From an uncultured Actinomycetes bacterium (GTDB lineage Bacteria > Actinomycetota > Thermoleophilia > Gaiellales > Gaiellaceae): 64,000 nt of DNA. Shown here piece by piece: positions 59,043 to 64,000 of this stretch (the stretch's first letter is position 1; each line of letters opens with the position of its first letter). The notes beneath the pieces are model-generated. The model was given only the letters and a program-made list of their open reading frames with translations, was not told the DNA's origin and did not search any database. Made by a program: the position numbers and the translations under genes. The stretch lies in assembly GCA_963712255.1 (NCBI GenBank), contig CAVQHL010000029.1, positions 5,366 through 69,365 of the forward strand. The letters are read 5' to 3'.

Positions 59043-59504
59043 TCAGTCGCCTCCCTCGAGTGTGGTCGCGATGTCGATGCCGACGCCGGCGTCGCGCAGG
59101 AGCGACGAGAACGAGCAGCCCTGGTGCGCCGCCTCGACGGCCGCGTCGAGCTGCGCGCCGTCGATGCCGGGAACGCGCGCCCGGACCTCCAGCGCGGAGT
59201 GGACGATCAGGTGCCCGCGGCCCTCGACCTCGTCCATCGTGATCCGGCAGTGCACGTCGAGGCGCCCCGGCGGGGTGCCCGCGCCCGTCAGCTCGCCTGC
59301 GAGCGACATCGTGAAGCAGCCGCCGTGCGCGGCGGCGAGGAGCTCCTCGGGGCTCGTCTTCCCCTCGGGCGCGGCGGCGATCCGCGTCGGGAGCGAGTAG
59401 CCGAGCGCCTCGAACGCGTGGGACGTCGCGGCGGTGATCGCGCCCGTGCCGCGGGCGAGGTTCCCCTCCCACGACACGTCGGCCTCCCGGACGATGCGCG
59501 GCAT
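59043..59504 (-). CDS. OsmC-family peroxiredoxin paralog
   Basis: TSPEELLAAAHGGCFTMSL, AHQGCSFSSLL. Confidence 0.88.
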   Translation of the reverse strand: MPRIVREADVSWEGNLARGTGAITAATSHAFEALGYSLPTRIAAAPEGKTSPEELLAAAHGGCFTMSLAGELTGAGTPPGRLDVHCRITMDEVEGRGHLIVHSALEVRARVPGIDGAQLDAAVEAAHQGCSFSSLLRDAGVGIDIATTLEGGD

Positions 59505-59546
59505 CAGTGCTTCTCCTGGTGATGCTGCAGCATTGCCGGGGAAGCA

Positions 59547-60473
59547 CTAGGCCATCACCTCGACCTTCCGGTCATCCGCCTGCTCGGCCGGCGACTCCTG
59601 CGCCTCCCTGCGGCGCACCTCCTCGATCGCGCGGATCGAGACCTCGACCTGGTCGAGCGTCGGCTCGCGCGTCGTCAGGCGCTGCAGCCAGAGCCCCGGG
59701 GCGAGCAGGGTCATCAGCACACGGTTGTCCTGGTGCTTCCCCGCGTAGCGGATGAGCTCGTAGGCGAGCCCGGCGATGACGGGCAGGAGGAGGATCCGGC
59801 TCGCGATCAGCCAGTACCAGACCGGGCGGCCGATGAATGCGAAGACGAAGATGCCGATCACCATCACCCAGAGCAAAAACGCCGTTCCGCAACGCGGGTG
59901 GATCAAACTGAACTTCTGCACTCGCTCGGGCGTCAGCTCGGAGCCGGCCTCGAGCGCGTTGATCGTCTTGTGCTCGGCGCCGTGGTACTGGAAGACGCGC
60001 CTCAGGTCGGGCAGCAGCCCGATGAGCCCGATGTAGGCGATGAAGACGGCGACGCGGATCAGCCCCTCGACGACGACGAACGACCCGGTGTCCTCGACCG
60101 GCAGCCAGCTCGTCAGCAACGCAGGCCCGATCTTGAAGAGCATCAGCGCGAAGCCGATCGCGATCGCGAACGAGAAGATGATCTGGCCGCGCGTGATCTC
60201 GGTGACGACGTTCCCCTCGTCGTCCTCCTCGCGCGCGGCGACGTTCGCCGAGATCGCGAGCGCGCGGAAGCCGATCGCGAGCGACTCGCCGAGGGCGATC
60301 ACGCCGCGGATGACGGGGAGCCGCCAGATGCGGTGGCGCTTCATCGGCGAGTTGACGTCCTGGACGACCTCCTCGATCCCGCCCTCGGGCGTCCGCACGG
60401 CGACGGCCCAGCACGACGGGCCGCGCATCATCACGCCCTCGAGGACGGCCTGCCCGCCGTAGGAGACGCTCAT
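59547..60473 (-). CDS. DUF1385 membrane protein
   Basis: GGQAVLEGVMM, FQYHGAEHKTI, HPRCGTAF, LQRLTTREP. Confidence 0.93.
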   Translation of the reverse strand: MSVSYGGQAVLEGVMMRGPSCWAVAVRTPEGGIEEVVQDVNSPMKRHRIWRLPVIRGVIALGESLAIGFRALAISANVAAREEDDEGNVVTEITRGQIIFSFAIAIGFALMLFKIGPALLTSWLPVEDTGSFVVVEGLIRVAVFIAYIGLIGLLPDLRRVFQYHGAEHKTINALEAGSELTPERVQKFSLIHPRCGTAFLLWVMVIGIFVFAFIGRPVWYWLIASRILLLPVIAGLAYELIRYAGKHQDNRVLMTLLAPGLWLQRLTTREPTLDQVEVSIRAIEEVRRREAQESPAEQADDRKVEVMA

Positions 60474-60512
60474 GCGCGCACCGTATCCGCGAGGCGGGGT
60501 CGCCGCGCTCGG

Positions 60513-60728
60513 CTACCCGCGGGTCGCAGCGGCCTTCTCGAGCCGCCGCTGGAAGCGCTCCACCCGTCCGCCGGAGTCGACCAGCTTCTGCTTGCCCGTG
60601 TAGAACGGGTGGCAGGCGGAGCAGATCTCCACGTGGAGCTCTGCCTTGGTCGACCGCGTCGTGAACTCGTTCCCGCAGGAGCAGGTCACGTGGGCGACGA
60701 CGTACTCGGGATGGATGTCAGCCTTCAT
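60513..60728 (-). CDS. rpmE: 50S ribosomal protein L31 (Zn-binding type)
   Basis: [29 protein letters not shown]. Confidence 0.97.
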   Translation of the reverse strand: MKADIHPEYVVAHVTCSCGNEFTTRSTKAELHVEICSACHPFYTGKQKLVDSGGRVERFQRRLEKAAATRG

Positions 60729-61666
60729 CGGGACGCCAGGATATCAGAGGCGATCTCGGGCCCGACGTTGCCTCCGGAGACGACGGCCACCACGGCGGAG
60801 CCGCTGACGCGACCCGCGAGGACGGCGGCGACCGCGGCCGCACCGGCCGGCTCGCACGCGAGCTTCGCGTCGGCGTAGACGCGCCGCATCGCCTCCGCGA
60901 TCTCGTCGTCGGTGACGGTGAGCGGCCTCGACGCCGTGCGCCGTGCACGCGGCGAACACGTTCTCGCCGACGTACGGGGCATCGAGCCCGCTGGCGATCG
61001 TCTCGGGCGTGAGCGGTGACCGGCGCCCCGGCGTCGAGCGCGAGTCGGAGCGCGGCGGATCCCTCGGGCTCGACGCCGACGACCCGGACGCCGCGCGGCG
61101 CGACCGCCGCGGCGATGCCGGAGATGAGCCCGCCTCCGCCCACCGGGACGACGACGACGTCGACGTCCGGAGCGTCCTCGAGGATCTCGAGCCCGACCGT
61201 CCCCTGGCCCGCCATCACGCGCGGGTCGTCGAAGGGGTGGACGAGCACGCGGCCGGTCTCGGCGAGGTGCTCCTGGAGCTTCGCAAACGCGTCTGCGGGG
61301 TCCTCGGCACTCGATGTCGATCACGGCGCCCAGCGCTCGCGCGCGGTCCAGCTTGAACCGGCTCCCGCCGGGCCACGAGAAGACGGCGCAGTCGATGCCC
61401 TCCGCCGCTGCCCCCCAGGCGAGGGCGATGGCGTGGTTGCCGGCGGACGCCCCGGCGACGCCGCGCGCGCGCTCCTCGGCGTCGAGCGCGGAGAGCCGGT
61501 TGACCACGCCGCGCGCCTTGAACGACCCCGTGTGCTGGAGCAGCTCCGCCTTGAGCCGGAGCCCCGGCGCGAGGTCGGAGGCGTCGAGCAGCGGAGTCCG
61601 CCGGACGCGGCCGCGGATCGTCTCCGCGGCGCGGATGACGTCGTCTCGGGTGGCGGGACCGCTCAC
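60725..61666 (-). CDS. Threonine/serine dehydratase family PLP enzyme without ACT domain (indels)
   Basis: [33 protein letters not shown]. Confidence 0.88.
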   Translation of the reverse strand: MSGPATRDDVIRAAETIRGRVRRTPLLDASDLAPGLRLKAELLQHTGSFKARGVVNRLSALDAEERARGVAGASAGNHAIALAWGAAAEGIDCAVFSWPGGSRFKLDRARALGAVIDIECRGPRRRVCEAPGAPRRDRPRARPPLRRPARDGGPGDGRARDPRGRSGRRRRRRPGGRRRAHLRHRRGGRAARRPGRRRRARGIRRAPTRARRRGAGHRSRPRRSPAGSMPRTSARTCSPRARRTASRPLTVTDDEIAEAMRRVYADAKLACEPAGAAAVAAVLAGRVSGSAVVAVVSGGNVGPEIASDILASR

Positions 61667-61731
61667 GTCGGCGATCCTAGAGGCTCGATGTGGAGAACAG
61701 CCGCGTCCCGGCGGAGAATGCGCGCGTGAGC

Positions 61732-62993
61732 ATGCCGGCCGACGCGATGCGGCGCCGTCATCCGGTCCGGCTCGTCGTGCGCGACGAGCTCGATCGCCGA
61801 CGGCTGACCGTGCTCTTCCGGCTCGTGCTCGCGATCCCGCACCTCGTGTGGCTGTCCATCTACGCGACGGCCGCGATCGTGATCGCGTTCGTCACCTGGC
61901 TGTTCGTGCTGGTGCTCGGCCGCGTGCCGAAGTCGCTGCACCGGTTTCTCGCGAACTACACGCGCTACACGGCGCATCTCCTCGCGTACCTCTGCTTCGC
62001 GGCCGATCCCTACCCCGGCTTCAGCGGCGACGGGAGCTACCCGATCGACATCGAGATCGACCCGCCGGCGAAGCAGCGGCGGCTCGGGGCCGCGGTGCGT
62101 CTCGTGCTCGCGATCCCCGCCTTCATGCTGTCGTTCGCGCTCGCCGGGACGGCCGTGTTCGCGGCCCTCGCCGCGTTCGGCGGCGGGCGGGCTCGTGGTC
62201 ACCATCGCGGTGCTCGCGTGGTTCGCCTGTCTCGTGCGCGGGCAGATGCCCCGGGGGATGCGCGATGCCGCCGCGTACGCGATCGGCTACGGGGCGCAGA
62301 CCACGGCGTACGCGCTCCTCGTCACCGGTCGATACCCGGACGCGACACCTGGCCGCGCCGACCCGGCGCCCGAGCTTCCACCGCATCCCGTCGCGGTCCG
62401 GGTCGACGACGAGCTCGCGCGGCCGCGCCTGCTCGTCCTCTTCCGCCTTCCGTTGTGCATCCCGCATCTCCTCTGGCTCACGGCCTGGTCGGCGTTCGCC
62501 CTCGCCGCCTGGATCCTCGCCCTGATCGCGGCGCTCGTCAGAGGCCGGGTGCCGCGGCCGCTCCACCGGTTTCTCGCCGCCTACGTCCGCACCTGGATGC
62601 ACCTGCTCTGCTTCCTCTGCGTCGTCGGGCGGCAGTTCCCCGGGTTCGTCGGCCGCGAGGGCGGCTACCCGATCGACCTGCGGATCGCGGCGCCCGTGCG
62701 GCAATCGCGGCTCGGCGTGCTCCTCCGGCTGGTGCTGGCGATCCCCGCGGCCCTTCTCGCCAGCGCGTACGCGGGCGTCGCGTTCGCCGTCGCCGTTCTC
62801 GGCTGGCTGGCGGCGCTCGCGATCGGCCGGATGCCGGGCGGCCTTCGCGATCTCGGCGTGGCGGCGCTGCGCTACCAGGCCCAGGTCAACGCCTACGTCT
62901 TCCTTCTCACGTGGCGCTACCCGGACTCGTCGCCCGTGCTCGTCGGGCGCGTCGAGCCGTCACCCGAGCCGCCGCGCGATGGTGCAGGCATGA
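61732..62993 (+). CDS. DUF4389 membrane protein with four tandem repeats (frameshift near 62185)
   Basis: Four units of (H/Y)P.....R(L)...RL.L(A/C)IP + TM + (Y/F)P. Confidence 0.8.
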
Positions 62994-64000
62994 GGGCTGC
63001 GCACGTCGCCGTCGTCCTGGCGATCGCCGCGGGCTGGGGCGTCGCGGCGTGGCTGCTGCTCGACACGGTCGTCCCCGGCGACCTCGCGCTGCCGCCCGTC
63101 GACGTCGACGACGGCGTTCGGCGCAGAGCTCGTCGAGGACGCCGAGCGCTACGAGCGGTTCCTCCTCGCGGACTGGGTCGCGGCACAGGTCGTCGCCCTG
63201 GTGACGCTCGCCCTGTACGCCCGCTACGGCGCCCGCTACGCACGCGAGTCGGCGGCAGGGCCGATCGGCACCGGGATGCTCCTCGGCATGCTCGGGCTGG
63301 CGATCGTCTGGCTGACGCAGCTGCCCTTCGCGATCGCCGCGGTCTGGTGGGAGCGCCGCCACGACGTCTCGGAGGTGGGCTACCTCGAGGCGGTCGTCGG
63401 CGGGTGGCTCGGGCTCGGCGGGACGTTCGTCGCGATCTGCATCGCGCTCCTCGTCGTGATGGCGCTCGCGCGGTGGCTCGGCAGCTGGTGGTGGATCCCG
63501 GGCGCAGCCGTGTTCACCGCGATCGCGTCGGCGCTCGTGCTCACGGGCCCGTACCTCACTCCCGGCCTCGAGAAGCCGGACGACGCCGATCTCGTGCGCG
63601 CCTACGAGCGCTTCGAGCGCTCGCAGGGCGTCAGCGACATCCCGCTCCGCATCGAGGAGGTGAGCGGGGACACGAGCCAGGCGAACGCCTACGCGTTCGG
63701 CATGGGGCCGACCTCGACGATCGTCCTCTGGGACACGCTCCTCGACGGCCGGTTCACCGACGGCGAGGTGCACGTCGTCCTCGCGCACGAGCTCGCGCAC
63801 CACTCGAGCGACCACCTGCCCGAGGCGGTCGCCTGGTTCGGGCTCTTCGCCCTCCCCGGCGGGCTGCTCATCATGCTTGCGACCCGGCGACGCGGCGGCA
63901 TGGGCGAGGCCGCCGCGGTGCCGCTCGCGCTCCTCGTCGCAGCGGTGTTCCAGCTCGCCGTGGCGCCGGCCCAGAACGTCGTCAGCCGGGAGTCGGAGGC
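62990..64000 (+). CDS. M48 (Ste24/HtpX) membrane metalloprotease, truncated at window end (frameshift near 63110)
   Basis: ANAYAFGMGP, IVLWDTLL, VLAHELAH (HExxH). Confidence 0.9.
   Translation, partial: MRAAHVAVVLAIAAGWGVAAWLLLDTVVPGDLALPPVDVDDGVRRRARRGRRALRAVPPRGLGRGTGRRPGDARPVRPLRRPLRTRVGGRADRHRDAPRHARAGDRLADAAALRDRRGLVGAPPRRLGGGLPRGGRRRVARARRDVRRDLHRAPRRDGARAVARQLVVDPGRSRVHRDRVGARAHGPVPHSRPREAGRRRSRARLRALRALAGRQRHPAPHRGGERGHEPGERLRVRHGADLDDRPLGHAPRRPVHRRRGARRPRARARAPLERPPARGGRLVRALRPPRRAAHHACDPATRRHGRGRRGAARAPRRSGVPARRGAGPERRQPGVGG

Overview
High-GC (estimated ~72-73% by eye) bacterial chromosomal DNA, most consistent with an Actinomycetota of the Thermoleophilia/Gaiellales type; this is inferred from GC, gene content and promoter style, not from a search. 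The right half is conserved core synteny on the minus strand: rpmE-DUF1385-prfA-prmC-tsaC-glyA-upp-wecA/mraY-like-atpZ/I-B-E-F-H-A-G. The F1Fo operon is split: atpD-atpC lie ~13 kb downstream of atpG. The gap holds a peptide ABC transporter, an orphan zinc anti-sigma-like gene and a six-gene MoxR/vWA cassette whose order mirrors mxaRSACKL. metH follows atpC and is preceded by a SAM-II/SAM-V-like pseudoknot. The left half carries lipid/CoA metabolism, transporters, a STAND-type adenylate cyclase, meaB-ilvA and a three-gene HEAT-repeat / processive GT2 / PAS-degenerate-GGDEF operon. That operon looks like a c-di-GMP-gated polysaccharide synthesis module. A covarying structured intergenic repeat occurs 3-4 times. 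Many genes appear leaderless (TANNNT + 6-9 nt + start codon). Many genes, including essential ones, contain single-base frameshifts that are best read as sequencing indels, so their boundaries are reconstructed across frames. No rRNA, tRNA, CRISPR array or transposase was seen.
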